A DNA stretch of 64,000 nt from Bacilli bacterium (GCA_034185265.1 JAXFZD010000008.1:25-64024), one strand, 5' to 3'. Positions 1 through 11,472 are shown, numbered from the stretch's first letter. Made by a program: numbers and translations. The notes: a model not told the origin generated them from the sequence alone.

Positions 1-30
1 TTCGCCCGGTTTTTAACATAAGTTAATGAT

Positions 31-1515
31 TTATTTCTCGTCTCTCATTGTAGGGAAGAGAATTACTTCTCTAATTGATGAAACATTGCAGAATAACATA
101 CAAACTCTATCGATTCCAACTCCGATTCCGCCAGCTGGGGGCATACCATATCTCATTGCATCCATGAATGAGTCATCAATGTCGTTAGCTTCGTCATCTC
201 CCCTATTTTTAGCTTCTGCTTGAGCTTTAAATCTTTCTAATTGATCAAATGGATTATTTAATTCAGAGTAAGCATTTCCGAATTCAAATCCGCCCATAAA
301 GAACTCGAATCTTTCAACAAAGCGGGGATCTGCGGACTTTTTGGTTAAAGGAGATAATTCAATTGGATATGTATGAATGAAAGTTGGTTGAATTAATTTC
401 TTCTCAACAAATTCGTCAAAGAAGGCTTGAATGATATATCCAACAGAGTTCCAAGATTTTTCTAATTGGACATGGTGTTCTTTGGCTAAATTGACAGCTT
501 CTTCAAAGCTCATCTCTTTTGTAAAATCAATTCCAGTCTCTTTTTCGATAGCTTCGCACATAGACATAGAAGCAAATGGTTTAGAGAAATCAATTTTCAT
601 ATCCCCCCAAGTAACTTCATAGCTTCCATTAATCTTTAAAGCAAGCTCTTTGAATAATCCTTCGGTCCAATCCTTCATGGAATTTAAATCTCCATAAGCT
701 TGGTAAAGTTCAATACTTGTAAATTCAGGATTGTGGCGAGTATCCATTCCTTCATTTCTAAAGATACGTCCAATTTCATAGACTCTATCAATTCCACCAA
801 TCATTGCTTTCTTTAAGTTAAGTTCTGTAGCAATTCTTAAGTAGAAATCTTTATCTAAAGTATTGTGATGAGTAATAAATGGTCTAGCAGCGGCTCCTCC
901 AGCGATTGGAGAAAGAACAGGAGTTTCAATCTCAATAAACCCTAAAGAATCACAGTAATCTCTAATAACTTTGACTATTTTTGCTCTTTTAATAGCAATT
1001 TCTCTAGATTCTTCATTGATTATTAAATCAACATATCTATGACGATATCTATCTTCTGTATCGGTTAATCCGTGGAATTTTTCTGGAAGAGGTTTTAAAC
1101 ATTTAGAAATATGTGTGAACTTTGTAACTCTAATTGTTAATTCTCCTGTACGAGATTTCATTAAAGTTCCTTCAAGTCCAACTACATCACCCGTATCAGC
1201 AAGTTTAAAGATAGCGTAGTTCTCTTCTCCAACTACGTTTTGGCCTAACCAAGCTTGAATAGAAGCATATTCATCTTTTATGTTAACAAAAGCAGCTTTA
1301 CCCATGGATCTAATAGCCATAAGTCTTCCAGCTACTTTAACTTCTATTGCTTTTTCTGCTAATTCTTCAGCGCTTAAATCTCCAAAATCCTTGCGAATCT
1401 CGGCTATTTGATGCGTAAAATCAAAACGTTTGCCAAATGGATCAACTCCGAGTTCAGCATATTTTGCTAGTTTATCAAATCTAGCTCTTTCCTGGTCATT
1501 CATCTTTTCTTCCAT
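31..1515 (-). CDS. lysS: Lysine--tRNA ligase (class II)
   Basis: OB-fold N-terminus (VKVAGRLMAIR), motif 2 FRNEGMDTRHNPEFT, motif 3 GMPPAGGIGVGIDR; SD GGAGG upstream. Confidence 0.98.
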   Translation of the reverse strand: MEEKMNDQERARFDKLAKYAELGVDPFGKRFDFTHQIAEIRKDFGDLSAEELAEKAIEVKVAGRLMAIRSMGKAAFVNIKDEYASIQAWLGQNVVGEENYAIFKLADTGDVVGLEGTLMKSRTGELTIRVTKFTHISKCLKPLPEKFHGLTDTEDRYRHRYVDLIINEESREIAIKRAKIVKVIRDYCDSLGFIEIETPVLSPIAGGAAARPFITHHNTLDKDFYLRIATELNLKKAMIGGIDRVYEIGRIFRNEGMDTRHNPEFTSIELYQAYGDLNSMKDWTEGLFKELALKINGSYEVTWGDMKIDFSKPFASMSMCEAIEKETGIDFTKEMSFEEAVNLAKEHHVQLEKSWNSVGYIIQAFFDEFVEKKLIQPTFIHTYPIELSPLTKKSADPRFVERFEFFMGGFEFGNAYSELNNPFDQLERFKAQAEAKNRGDDEANDIDDSFMDAMRYGMPPAGGIGVGIDRVCMLFCNVSSIREVILFPTMRDEK

Positions 1516-1586
1516 ACTTAAATCCCTCCGGGAAAGGAGATTTTACTTTAATAACAAGTAAAATTCCATATAACAGTTTTAAATTT

Positions 1587-2828
1587 TTAATAATCTAATT
1601 CAGTAATTTTCTTCCAAGAAGAAACAATCTCATGAACTTTCGCTTTAATTTCTTCTTTATCAACATCTTTATCAGCTAAAGTCTTATAGATTAATTTAGC
1701 AATTTCAATTGCGTTTTCTTTTGTACAGCCTCTAGAAGTAACAGCGGCAAATCCAATTCTTACTCCGGAAGTATACATTGGTTTTTGAGTATCACCATGA
1801 ATCATATTTTTATTAGTGCTTATACCAACTTCTTCTAAACGTAATTGAGCTTCTTTACCTGTAATATTAAATGATTTCATTACGTTAAGAAGGAATAAAT
1901 GATTTTCTGTTGAAGAAACTACGCAGCCTAATTTAGCTAATTCATCATTAGCAGCTTTTGTATTTTCTAATACTTTTCTAATGTATTCCTTAAATTCAGG
2001 TTTTAAATCTTCAGCAAAGCAAACTGCTTTAGCAGCAATTACATGTTCTAAAGGTCCGCCTTGAGAATAAGGGAAAACAGCTGAATTTATTTTCTTTCCT
2101 AATTCTTCATTGTTAGAAAGAATAAGTCCTCCTCTAGGTCCTCTTAATGTTTTATGAGTTGTAGAAGTAACTATATCTGCATAGTCAACCGGGTTCATTG
2201 TAAGCCCTGCTGCAACTATACCTGCAATATGAGCCATATCGACCATAAAATAGCATTTCACGGGGGACGTACCATTATATTCGTCAATAATCTCTCTTAT
2301 TTTTTTGAAATTAATTTCAAATGGATAAGCGCTATAACCCGCTAAAAGAAGGTTTGGTTTGGCTCTATAAATTTCTTTTTTAATTATTTCATAATCTAAT
2401 TTTGCATCACTTCCTAAAGGATAAAATTCAAAGTCATAATAGTCACTTGAGAAGGAAACAGGTGACCCGTGTGTTAAATGTCCACCGTCATCAAGGATTA
2501 AAGAAAGAACTTTATCTCCTTTTTTAAGTAAGGAATGATAGGCAGCAAAATTAGCTTGAGAACCTGAATGAGGTTGAACATTAGCATACTTAGCATTGAA
2601 AAGTTTCTTTGCTCTTTCAATTGCTAAATTTTCAACTAAATCAATATTTTCACAGCCCCCATAATAGCGTTTTCCTGGAAATCCTTCAGCGTATTTTGCG
2701 GTCATAATTGACCCTTGAGCTTCCATGACTGATCTAGAAGGGTAGTTTTCAGACGCAATTAACTCAATACCATTATTTTGTCTAATTTCCTCAAGTTCAA
2801 TAATTCTTTCAACTTCTTTGTCAAACAT
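1587..2828 (-). CDS. glyA: Serine hydroxymethyltransferase
   Basis: LIASENY, YAEGFPGKRYYGGC, PLP lysine motif TTTHKTLRGPRGG. Start moved to ATG 2828 (SD GGAGG 6 nt upstream) from the ORF-track 2876. Confidence 0.97.
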   Translation of the reverse strand: MFDKEVERIIELEEIRQNNGIELIASENYPSRSVMEAQGSIMTAKYAEGFPGKRYYGGCENIDLVENLAIERAKKLFNAKYANVQPHSGSQANFAAYHSLLKKGDKVLSLILDDGGHLTHGSPVSFSSDYYDFEFYPLGSDAKLDYEIIKKEIYRAKPNLLLAGYSAYPFEINFKKIREIIDEYNGTSPVKCYFMVDMAHIAGIVAAGLTMNPVDYADIVTSTTHKTLRGPRGGLILSNNEELGKKINSAVFPYSQGGPLEHVIAAKAVCFAEDLKPEFKEYIRKVLENTKAANDELAKLGCVVSSTENHLFLLNVMKSFNITGKEAQLRLEEVGISTNKNMIHGDTQKPMYTSGVRIGFAAVTSRGCTKENAIEIAKLIYKTLADKDVDKEEIKAKVHEIVSSWKKITELDY

Positions 2829-4503
2829 GATGTTTAGCCTCCTCAAATTTTTCTTGAATAATAGCTTTGCTATCAAATATAGCTTCAGCTAATAATAAGT
2901 TAATTGGAATTATTAATAATGGAATTAACCTTGAATTTTGGTTGAATCCATAAGGATATTTGCCATTAAACCAAATATAATAACCAATCAAAGAGAATGT
3001 AAATGCGATGATGAATAAAGCAAATATGCCCTTTTCATAAGGAATTTTCTTAGTAACTGTTCTAAAGAAATAGATTAGAGATGCAACAATAGCAACTAGG
3101 ATTCCTATCGCATAAATATATTCAACTGCCATTAATAGGCCGGTTATAAATCCGCCATAGAAAGTGGAAATATTTTGATAATTCCATTCATCAAAGAATA
3201 ATGTTTTGATAAATCCAGTCCAAACGTTGAAGTCAATATCTCCATAATTATTAACATAAGCTCCGGCAGCTTCAGTACTTCTAACTCTCATATTAAATGG
3301 GCTAAAGAATAAATCTCCATTAGGGAAAGAAGCAAATCTTTGGAACCAGTTATAATAATCTGGATCGATATACATACTATATTTCTTTCTAGCAGCTAAA
3401 GTTTTTGCTACGTCATAATTAAACACAATCGGTACGTTATAGAGGATCTTATACCAAACAGGTAAAGCAAAGCATAACGGCACCGCAATTATGAATAAAA
3501 CAAAGAACTTAAGCACAAATTTATCGAATTTTTCTTTCCCGGCTCTATATTCTTCATATCCTCTAGCGATAACTAAAACTCCAATTGGAATAGAGATAAT
3601 TCCGGCGGCAAATTTGGTCATTGTAGCTAAACCTAAGAATAAAGCTGTAAGGCAAATTGCATGCCATTTCCCGCTCTTTTTGAATTTTAGAGCATAATAA
3701 ATAGAAATTAGAGAAAATAAAACAACTAAGCCATCTTGATTACCAAAGAAATGTATGTACCACATTTGAGGAATAAAAATTGTTATTCCTAAAGCAGTAG
3801 CTAGTAATCCTTTTCTTAGCCCCATTGCTTTAAACACTTTATAAATAAAGAATAAAGATAAGATTCCAATAAAACATAAATAAATACGACACATATCGTA
3901 TTGTTGATATTGAGTTATTGAATAATTAGGAAAATTTTTAACGTTTGTCGCAGAGGTTGGAGCATGTTCAGAACCAAAATGAACAAATATTCCATTTATT
4001 GCCATTCCTAAAGCCATCAAAACATGATAAACCTTGAAGTTATAGAATTGATTCGTTGTTGTAGCGTCAGGAATTTCTTTATTGTTATAAATTTGATAAA
4101 TAATAGTCCAATGAGACCCTGAAGAATAAACACTCGCATCATGGTGATGATTGCCATAGTTTAAGGAATTGGCAAATCCATAAGAAAGTAGGCAAAATGA
4201 TGCACCAAGAAGCAAAATAACAATTACTTTCTTAGAATTTAATCGATGGAAAATCCCTTCAAAAATCAAATAAAGCCCGCAAATCACGGATAAAATAATT
4301 ATTATTGCGTAAAATCCATATAAACAACCTAGATTTCTAAATCCGTAATATGTATAGGTTCCATTCTTTAAACAGAAGATGCAATATAAAGCTAAGATAA
4401 GCAAAAAGATTACTGGGAAAAAGATAATTCTTATCCACTTCTTGCTATAAAGAAAAGCAATTATGTCATCAAATTTAGTTATAAAGTTCTCAATCTTTGC
4501 CAT
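2821..4503 (-). CDS. Multi-pass membrane glycosyltransferase, GT-C fold (ArnT/PMT, GT39/GT83-like)
   Basis: About 12 hydrophobic segments, large first external loop with His/Asp cluster, LGLATMTK and R(L/Y)xxP-type motifs typical of GT-C enzymes; family assignment is by pattern only. Confidence 0.6.
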   Translation of the reverse strand: MAKIENFITKFDDIIAFLYSKKWIRIIFFPVIFLLILALYCIFCLKNGTYTYYGFRNLGCLYGFYAIIIILSVICGLYLIFEGIFHRLNSKKVIVILLLGASFCLLSYGFANSLNYGNHHHDASVYSSGSHWTIIYQIYNNKEIPDATTTNQFYNFKVYHVLMALGMAINGIFVHFGSEHAPTSATNVKNFPNYSITQYQQYDMCRIYLCFIGILSLFFIYKVFKAMGLRKGLLATALGITIFIPQMWYIHFFGNQDGLVVLFSLISIYYALKFKKSGKWHAICLTALFLGLATMTKFAAGIISIPIGVLVIARGYEEYRAGKEKFDKFVLKFFVLFIIAVPLCFALPVWYKILYNVPIVFNYDVAKTLAARKKYSMYIDPDYYNWFQRFASFPNGDLFFSPFNMRVRSTEAAGAYVNNYGDIDFNVWTGFIKTLFFDEWNYQNISTFYGGFITGLLMAVEYIYAIGILVAIVASLIYFFRTVTKKIPYEKGIFALFIIAFTFSLIGYYIWFNGKYPYGFNQNSRLIPLLIIPINLLLAEAIFDSKAIIQEKFEEAKHHV

Positions 4504-4515
4504 CTGATGCTTTCC

Positions 4516-6465
4516 TTATTCAATCTTAGATCCTGTATAAAGTTGATAATATTTTCCTTTTTGTTCAAGAAGTTGTTGATGATTACCTCTTTCAATAATT
4601 CTTCCATCTTCAAGAACCATAATTACATCAGAATTTGTAATTGTAGATAATCTATGAGCGATTACGAAAACTGTTCTTCCTTTCATAATTGCGTCCATTC
4701 CTTGTTGAACTAGCTTTTCGGTTCTAGAGTCAATTGAGGAAGTAGCTTCATCTAAAATAAGAACTGGAGGATTAGCGCAAGCTGCTCTAGCAATAGAAAT
4801 AAGTTGTCTTTGACCTTGAGATAATCCGGCTCCTGCTCCTTCTAAAACAGTGTCATATCCGTTAGGTAACATCATAATAAAGTTATGAGCATTAGCTAAT
4901 TTTGCTGCTTCTATGATGTCTTCATCAGTGGCGTTTACATTACCGTATCTAATATTTTCTCTAACTGTATCAGTAAATAAGTTGGTCTCTTGCAAAACCA
5001 TTCCCATAGCTCTTCTTAGATCAGATTTAACAATCTTATTTATGTTAATATCATCAAATCTAACTTTACCATCTTCTATATCATAAAAGCGATTAAGTAA
5101 GTTTGTAATTGTAGTTTTTCCCGCTCCAGTAGGGCCAACAAAAGCAACTTTTTGACCAGGTTCAGCGTACATTGTTATGTCATGAAGTACGGTTTTTCCT
5201 TTGACATATGCGAAATCTACATTATAGAAATTAATCTTTCCTTTAAGCCAAGTATAAGTAACTCTTCCATCCTTATGAGGATGCTTCCAAGCCCACTTAT
5301 TAGTCTTTTCGTTAACTTCAATGATTTCTCCATTTTCGCCTTCCTTTGCGTTAACAAGTCTTACATATCCTTCATCGGCTTCAACAGGAACATCCATAAG
5401 TTCATAAATTCTTTGAGCTCCAGCCATAGCCATAATGAACATGTTAATATTCATAGATAACTGACCGATAGGCATAACAAATTGCTTGCCTAAAAGAACA
5501 AAGGAAACAATGTCTCCAACTAAAATTCCTGGGAATTTATTAGCGTAGAGAATTCCCCCAGTTACAGCTAAAACAACAAACATCAAGTTGCCTAAATTGT
5601 TTGTAACTGGACCCATAATATTGGAGAATTGACCTGCTTTTGTAGCGTATTTGCACAATTCTTCGTTTAATTCATCAAATCCTTCCTCAGCTTCTCTTTC
5701 ATGATTGAAGACTTTAATTACCTTTTGACCTGAGATCATTTCTTCAATATATCCGTTAGTTTTTCCTAAAGCTCTTTGTTGTCCGATAAAGAAATATGAA
5801 GATTTCTTAGATAAAGAAAGAACGGTGAAAACAATTAAAAAGAAGAATATTGCTACAACAATGATTAAGATTCTTGAAGAAGAAATGCACATCATTGTGA
5901 AAGCAAAAATCATTGTGATGATGGATTGTACACACATTGGTAAAACCCTAGAAATCATCTCTCTTAATGTATCGATATCGTTTGTGTAAACAGACATGAT
6001 ATCGCCGTGAGTTCTTCTGTCAAAATAGGAAATAGGAAGTTTTTCCATGTGAGCGAAGAGCTGATCTCTAATCTTCTTTTGGGTTCCTTGACCAATTTGA
6101 GAAGTTAAAATTTGATATAAGAAAGCACTTATAACTCCAAGAAGATAAACACTCATCATGAGTAAAATAGCGACTTCTAAAGTCATAGGAGCGACTAATT
6201 TGCCATAATAATAAATACCTGTTTGAGTATTGATTGCTCCTGGAAGATTTGGTGCAATAAATCCATTAATTAAGATAGAACCTACAAAATAAGAACCAAC
6301 TGCTCCAGCAGCAGAACTCATTAAAATACAAAGAATGACGCAAACAAAATGAATAGGATATCCCTTAATCATTGTTTTAAGAATGCGACCGAAAATCTTT
6401 AAAACTTCCTTTCCGGAGAGCTTACGGGCATTTACGTTTGGTCTAATCTTTCCTCTAGGCGGCAT
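4516..6465 (-). CDS. ABC exporter subunit (TMD+NBD fusion), consensus-site half of a heterodimer
   Basis: Walker A GPTGAGKT, Walker B LILDEATS, H-loop IAHRL, signature LSQGQRQ. Start set at ATG 6465 behind SD GGAGGTG. Confidence 0.93.
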   Translation of the reverse strand: MPPRGKIRPNVNARKLSGKEVLKIFGRILKTMIKGYPIHFVCVILCILMSSAAGAVGSYFVGSILINGFIAPNLPGAINTQTGIYYYGKLVAPMTLEVAILLMMSVYLLGVISAFLYQILTSQIGQGTQKKIRDQLFAHMEKLPISYFDRRTHGDIMSVYTNDIDTLREMISRVLPMCVQSIITMIFAFTMMCISSSRILIIVVAIFFFLIVFTVLSLSKKSSYFFIGQQRALGKTNGYIEEMISGQKVIKVFNHEREAEEGFDELNEELCKYATKAGQFSNIMGPVTNNLGNLMFVVLAVTGGILYANKFPGILVGDIVSFVLLGKQFVMPIGQLSMNINMFIMAMAGAQRIYELMDVPVEADEGYVRLVNAKEGENGEIIEVNEKTNKWAWKHPHKDGRVTYTWLKGKINFYNVDFAYVKGKTVLHDITMYAEPGQKVAFVGPTGAGKTTITNLLNRFYDIEDGKVRFDDININKIVKSDLRRAMGMVLQETNLFTDTVRENIRYGNVNATDEDIIEAAKLANAHNFIMMLPNGYDTVLEGAGAGLSQGQRQLISIARAACANPPVLILDEATSSIDSRTEKLVQQGMDAIMKGRTVFVIAHRLSTITNSDVIMVLEDGRIIERGNHQQLLEQKGKYYQLYTGSKIE

Positions 6466-8290
6466 CGAAATCACCTCCTCCGAGTTGAGTTTCATAAAGT
6501 TCTTTATAGAAAGCACTGCTCTTTAATAATTCTTCATGTTTACCTTGAGCAGTAACTTTTCCATCTTCAAGAACAATGATAATATCGCTATCTTTAATAG
6601 ATAAAATTCTTTGGGAAACAATTAATTTAGTTACGTTAGGGATTTCGTATTTAAATGAATGACGAATAATTGAATCTGTATGAGTGTCTACAGCAGAAGT
6701 AGAGTCGTCCAAAATCAATATCTTAGGATTTTTTAATAAAGCTCTGGCAATACATAATCTTTGCTTTTGTCCGCCAGAAACATTAGATCCTCCTTCTTCA
6801 ATTGGATGATCATATTTTAGAGGGAATTTTTCAATAAATTCGTCAGCACAGGCAAGTTTTGCCGCTTTTTTTATTTCTTCTTCAGTAGCATTTTCATTTC
6901 CCCAAAGAAGATTACTCCTGATAGTTCCAGTAAAAAGAACATTCTTTTGTAAGACTACAGAAACCGCATCACGAAGAGCAACTAAGTCGTAATCTCTTAC
7001 ATCAACGCCAGCAACTTTGACGCTTCCACTATTAACATCATATAAACGAGCAATCAAATTAATAAATGAACTCTTACTAGAACCGGTAGCTCCTATTATT
7101 CCGACTGTACTTCCAGTTGGAATATGAACTGAAATGTGAGATAGAACATCCTTAGAAGCTTGTTCAGAATATTTAAAGGAGACATCTTCAAAATCAATGT
7201 CGCCATTTTTGATTTCTTTAATAGCATTTTCTTTAGAAACAATTGTTGGAACTTCAATAAATACTTCACTAATTCTTTCAGCGGAGTTACGCGAAATAAT
7301 GATCAGAACAAAGACCATAGAAATCATCATTAAGGAAATGAGGATTTGAGAAACATAGGCAAACATCGAAGCAAGTTCTCCTGTAGAGAAGCCGTTTACT
7401 AGGCTATTTCCTGAAGCAATAACTAACTTGGATCCAAAATAAGCAAAAACTAATAAACATGTATATGATGAAAGCTGCATAGCAGGCGAGTTCAAAGCTA
7501 AAATTCTTTCTGCTCTTAAGAAAGTTCTATAGATGAAATAAGAAACTTTACCAAATTTCTCTGTTTCAAAGTCTTCTCTAGTATAAGATTTAACAACTCT
7601 AATACCTTTTAAGTTTTCTTGAACGGAAGAGTTCAAATCGTCATAGGCTTTAAATACTTTAACGAATGTTGGGTGAACAATTAAAGCAACACCAAATAAA
7701 ATGATAATCAGGAAAATTAACACTGGAATAAAGACCATTGAGAGCTGCCAAGAAGCAATCGCAGACATAATAAGAGCGAAAATCATCATTAACGGTGCTC
7801 TAACAACAGTTCTTAAGATCATCTGTAATGAGCCTTGAAGGTTAGAAACATCAGTTGTCATTCTGGTAATTAGAGAACCAGTTGAGAATTTATCAATATT
7901 TGCGAAGGAGAATTCTTGGACTTTATAGTAAAGAGCTTTTCTTACATTCCTACCAAATCTACTAGAAGCGATAGATGAGAAAAAACCAGCTATAATACCG
8001 CACGTACAACTCACAATAGCAAGAGAAATCATTATTCCGCCAAACATCCAAATTCTATCCATATTGATTGGCATTCCATTAGGAACATCAAATGAATCAG
8101 TTAACCACTGGAACAAATAAGGAATAAGAATTTCACATACAACTTCAAGAGCAACTAAAAGCCATGTGAAAAAAATCGGACGTTTACAACCATGGAGGTG
8201 AACTTTCAAAGTTTTCAAAACATGAACTTTATCACCTTGAGAAGCGTCAGAATTTAGTTCTTGAGTTTCTGAAATTTTCTCTTTGCTCAT
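6455..8290 (-). CDS. ABC exporter subunit (TMD+NBD fusion), degenerate-site half of a heterodimer (TM287/EfrA-like)
   Basis: Walker A GATGSSKS, Walker B LILDDSTS (catalytic E->D), Q in place of switch His (VSQR), signature VSGGQKQ; overlaps partner gene. Confidence 0.93.
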   Translation of the reverse strand: MSKEKISETQELNSDASQGDKVHVLKTLKVHLHGCKRPIFFTWLLVALEVVCEILIPYLFQWLTDSFDVPNGMPINMDRIWMFGGIMISLAIVSCTCGIIAGFFSSIASSRFGRNVRKALYYKVQEFSFANIDKFSTGSLITRMTTDVSNLQGSLQMILRTVVRAPLMMIFALIMSAIASWQLSMVFIPVLIFLIIILFGVALIVHPTFVKVFKAYDDLNSSVQENLKGIRVVKSYTREDFETEKFGKVSYFIYRTFLRAERILALNSPAMQLSSYTCLLVFAYFGSKLVIASGNSLVNGFSTGELASMFAYVSQILISLMMISMVFVLIIISRNSAERISEVFIEVPTIVSKENAIKEIKNGDIDFEDVSFKYSEQASKDVLSHISVHIPTGSTVGIIGATGSSKSSFINLIARLYDVNSGSVKVAGVDVRDYDLVALRDAVSVVLQKNVLFTGTIRSNLLWGNENATEEEIKKAAKLACADEFIEKFPLKYDHPIEEGGSNVSGGQKQRLCIARALLKNPKILILDDSTSAVDTHTDSIIRHSFKYEIPNVTKLIVSQRILSIKDSDIIIVLEDGKVTAQGKHEELLKSSAFYKELYETQLGGGDFDAA

Positions 8291-8336
8291 AAATTAACTT
8301 AAATAGTTTATAACTATTTTTGAAAATTTAAATAAT

Positions 8337-9302
8337 TTATTCAAGCTCTGAAAGAATATTTTCTAAATCGCTAAGCGATTTCATCTGCTGAGAAATCCTT
8401 AATCTATAACTTTTATAGCCTGGGAATGATGAAATAAAGTGAGGCAAAATAGATCTTAATTCCCTTATTGCAACGTGCTCACCTTTTTCTTCAATAAGCA
8501 TATTTGCATACTCTTTTGCATATGAAATTTGAGTTTTTAAGTCGGGATTTGCAAGGATTTCGGTTCCGTTTGACTCAAAATATGTATTTATTTGCTTAAT
8601 TAAAAATGGATGACCAATTCCACCTCGAGCAATCATAATTGCATCCGAATGAGTAATCTCTTTTGCTCTAATTGCATCTTCCAAAGAAAAAATATCTCCT
8701 GAGACAATTAAAGGTATATTAAGTTTTTCTCTTAATCCTCTAATTGTTTCATAATTTGCTTTCCCTGAATAACCTTGTTCTTTGGTTCTACAATGAATAG
8801 AAAGCAAAGAAACACCAATAGACTCTAGCATTAAAGCACATTCTTCGACATTAATTGAATTAGCATCCCATCCTAAACGAATCTTTGCACTAACTGGCTT
8901 AGAAGAAGTAGCAATAATAGCTTTCATGTAGTTTTTAAGTTTGTCAAGGTCTTTAAGCCAAGCCGATCCTGCGCCTGTTTTCACTACTTTATGTACAGGA
9001 CAGCCTAGATTTACATCAAGAATATCGTATTCACATGTCTTCTCTAAAATCTTGATAGCTTCGCAACTTTTTCCTATATCGGAACCAAAAATCTGTAAAG
9101 CTATTGGTCTTTCTTCTTTAGATATATTGGTATATTCAAAAGTTCTTTTATTACCGTAATCTATCCCACAATCGGAAATCATTTCAGTAAAAGTCAGCCC
9201 AACGCCAAATTTCTTCATAAACTTTCTATATGAAGAAGATGTGACCCCAGCCATAGGCCCCAATACACAATATCCTTGTATCTCTAAATCTTTAACTTTC
9301 AT
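8337..9302 (-). CDS. dusB: tRNA-dihydrouridine synthase (DusB family)
   Basis: GPMAGVT, DVNLGCPV, SAKIRLGW, IHCRT, SGDI, MIARG motifs; usual position between ftsH and lysS. Confidence 0.93.
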   Translation of the reverse strand: MKVKDLEIQGYCVLGPMAGVTSSSYRKFMKKFGVGLTFTEMISDCGIDYGNKRTFEYTNISKEERPIALQIFGSDIGKSCEAIKILEKTCEYDILDVNLGCPVHKVVKTGAGSAWLKDLDKLKNYMKAIIATSSKPVSAKIRLGWDANSINVEECALMLESIGVSLLSIHCRTKEQGYSGKANYETIRGLREKLNIPLIVSGDIFSLEDAIRAKEITHSDAIMIARGGIGHPFLIKQINTYFESNGTEILANPDLKTQISYAKEYANMLIEEKGEHVAIRELRSILPHFISSFPGYKSYRLRISQQMKSLSDLENILSELE

Positions 9303-9306
9303 AGAT

Positions 9307-9332
9307 TAAAAACGCTGCAAATAAGCAGCGTT
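9307..9332 (-). terminator. Intrinsic terminator after ftsH
   Basis: AACGCTGC-6 nt loop-GCAGCGTT stem followed by a U run on the minus strand. Confidence 0.7.
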
Positions 9333-9336
9333 AATT

Positions 9337-11472
9337 TTATTCTTTTTCTTCGTTTTCGACTACCTGTGTCGCTTCTTTTTCAGTTTCTACCTCTTTTTTA
9401 GGAACTCTAGTCCTCTTTGGCTTTTCTTCCTTTTTAACCTCATCAGGATTTGGTGGAACATAACCATTTGGTAGTTGACCGTGTTCACATAAATAAGCAA
9501 TTTCTTCAGCAGTAATTGTTTCTTTATCTAATAAGGTATGAGCAATAAGAATTACTTGATCCTTATATTTAGTTAATACTTCTAAAGCTTTCTTATGTGC
9601 GTCATCAATAATTTGTCTAACTTCTTTATCGATTTCATAAGCGATTTGAGTAGAGAAGTTCTTTTGAGTAGATGCATAGTCTCTTCCTAAGAAAACTGAA
9701 CCTGTATCTCTTTCATATTGAATTGGGCCTAAATTAGACATACCCCATTCAGTAACCATCATTCTAGCAATATGAGTTGCTTGTTCAATATCGTTACTTG
9801 CACCAGTAGAAACATCACCAAAGAAGATTTCTTCAGAAGTTCTTCCACCTAAATAACCGGTGATTCTAGCGATTAATTCATTCTTAGTTAACAAGAATCT
9901 ATCATCTTCTGGAGTCATCAAGACATGACCGCCAGTATTACCACGAGGAATAATGGTAATCTTTTGAACTTTTTCAGAATATGGAAGATTGATACCAATA
10001 ACAGCATGTCCAGCTTCGTGGAAGGCAACTTGCTTTCTTTCTTTTTCAGACATTCCTCTATTAGTTTTAGCTGGTCCAGCGATTCTTCTATCGATAGCTT
10101 CATCGATGTCAGCCATATCAATTTCTTCTTTATTTCTTCTAACTGCAAGAATAGCAGCTTCGTTTAAAATGTTATCAATATCCGCACCGGAAAAACCTAC
10201 AGTTCTGCTCGCTAACGCTGCAAAATCCACGTCTTTTGATATTTTTTTGCCGCGAGCGTGTACTTTGAAGATAGCTTCTCTACCTGCTTTATCTGGTAAA
10301 GAAACTGTAATTGTTCTATCAAATCTTCCTGCTCTTCTTAAAGCTGGATCGAGAACATCATCTCTATTAGTTGCAGCAATAACTAAGATACCTGTATTTG
10401 GATCAAAACCATCCATTTCAACTAAGAGTTGGTTAAGGGTTTGTTCTCTTTCATCGTTTCCTCCGCCAAGTCCAGCACCTCTTTGTCTACCGACAGCATC
10501 AATTTCATCAATGAAGATTAAACATGGAGCGGTTTCTTTAGCTTTCTTAAATAGGTCTCTAACCCTTCCTGCACCAACACCAACGTACATTTCAACAAAA
10601 TCCGAACCTGAAATTGAATAGAAAGGAACGCCAGCTTCTCCAGCAACTGCCTTAGCAAGTAAGGTTTTACCTGTACCAGGATTACCAATTAAAAGAACGC
10701 CTTTTGGTAATCTAGCACCATATTTAGAATATTTCTTAGGATCTTTTAAGTATTCAACAAGTTCGACCATTTCTGCTTTTTCTGCATCACATCCAGCAAC
10801 ATCAGAGAATCTAACTTTAGAATGATCGACTCTTTTTGCAGTAGATTTATTGAAGTTAAATACGGAATTAGCTCCGCCGCCGCCTCCAACAGATCTAGAT
10901 AATCTAAAGAAGAAGAATGCGAAGATAAGTACGGTTACACCTACGCTAATAAGTGTTGGTCCCCAGGTCTCCCAGAATCCAACTTGAAAAGCATTACCTA
11001 CTGTGTAATAGCCTTTTGAATCAGGAACTTGCTTAATTAATGAATCAAATATAGAAGAATAGGAAAGGTGAACTAATTGTTTCATTGTTCCATCACCTAA
11101 AGTGACTGTAACAACATAAGATTCTTCCCATTTATGGTTTTCAACTGTAAAAGCATAAGCATGAGCTGCACCATTTCTATCTAGATAAACGCCGCTTACG
11201 GAAGTCATTTTATAAGCTTGAGCAACAGAGAAAGATTGAACTCGTTTCTCAGCTTCATCATAAGGAGTAATTTTATATTCGTATTCATTAGTTGAAGTAT
11301 TTAAAACTACTTTATATCCAATATTGTCATCGATTTTCCCTGCAGCCCACGCTTCAGTATTGTTACGGAACTGAGATAAAATGAGCCAAACAATAAGAGA
11401 AACGAAAACACCTATTGCTAGGTAAGGTAGAATATAAGATAACACGCTTCTGCGTGGTTGTTTATTGTCCAT
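9337..11472 (-). CDS. ftsH: ATP-dependent zinc metalloprotease FtsH
   Basis: Two TM segments, Walker [36 protein letters not shown] zinc motif, GASNDIE. Confidence 0.98.
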   Translation of the reverse strand: MDNKQPRRSVLSYILPYLAIGVFVSLIVWLILSQFRNNTEAWAAGKIDDNIGYKVVLNTSTNEYEYKITPYDEAEKRVQSFSVAQAYKMTSVSGVYLDRNGAAHAYAFTVENHKWEESYVVTVTLGDGTMKQLVHLSYSSIFDSLIKQVPDSKGYYTVGNAFQVGFWETWGPTLISVGVTVLIFAFFFFRLSRSVGGGGGANSVFNFNKSTAKRVDHSKVRFSDVAGCDAEKAEMVELVEYLKDPKKYSKYGARLPKGVLLIGNPGTGKTLLAKAVAGEAGVPFYSISGSDFVEMYVGVGAGRVRDLFKKAKETAPCLIFIDEIDAVGRQRGAGLGGGNDEREQTLNQLLVEMDGFDPNTGILVIAATNRDDVLDPALRRAGRFDRTITVSLPDKAGREAIFKVHARGKKISKDVDFAALASRTVGFSGADIDNILNEAAILAVRRNKEEIDMADIDEAIDRRIAGPAKTNRGMSEKERKQVAFHEAGHAVIGINLPYSEKVQKITIIPRGNTGGHVLMTPEDDRFLLTKNELIARITGYLGGRTSEEIFFGDVSTGASNDIEQATHIARMMVTEWGMSNLGPIQYERDTGSVFLGRDYASTQKNFSTQIAYEIDKEVRQIIDDAHKKALEVLTKYKDQVILIAHTLLDKETITAEEIAYLCEHGQLPNGYVPPNPDEVKKEEKPKRTRVPKKEVETEKEATQVVENEEKE

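Noticed and set aside
9989-10621. 210-aa plus-strand ORF, and the many other 60-150 aa ORFs opposite known genes
   Set aside because: They lie antisense to conserved genes (ftsH, ppdK, metG and others), lack an SD or recognisable motifs, and are typical shadow ORFs.
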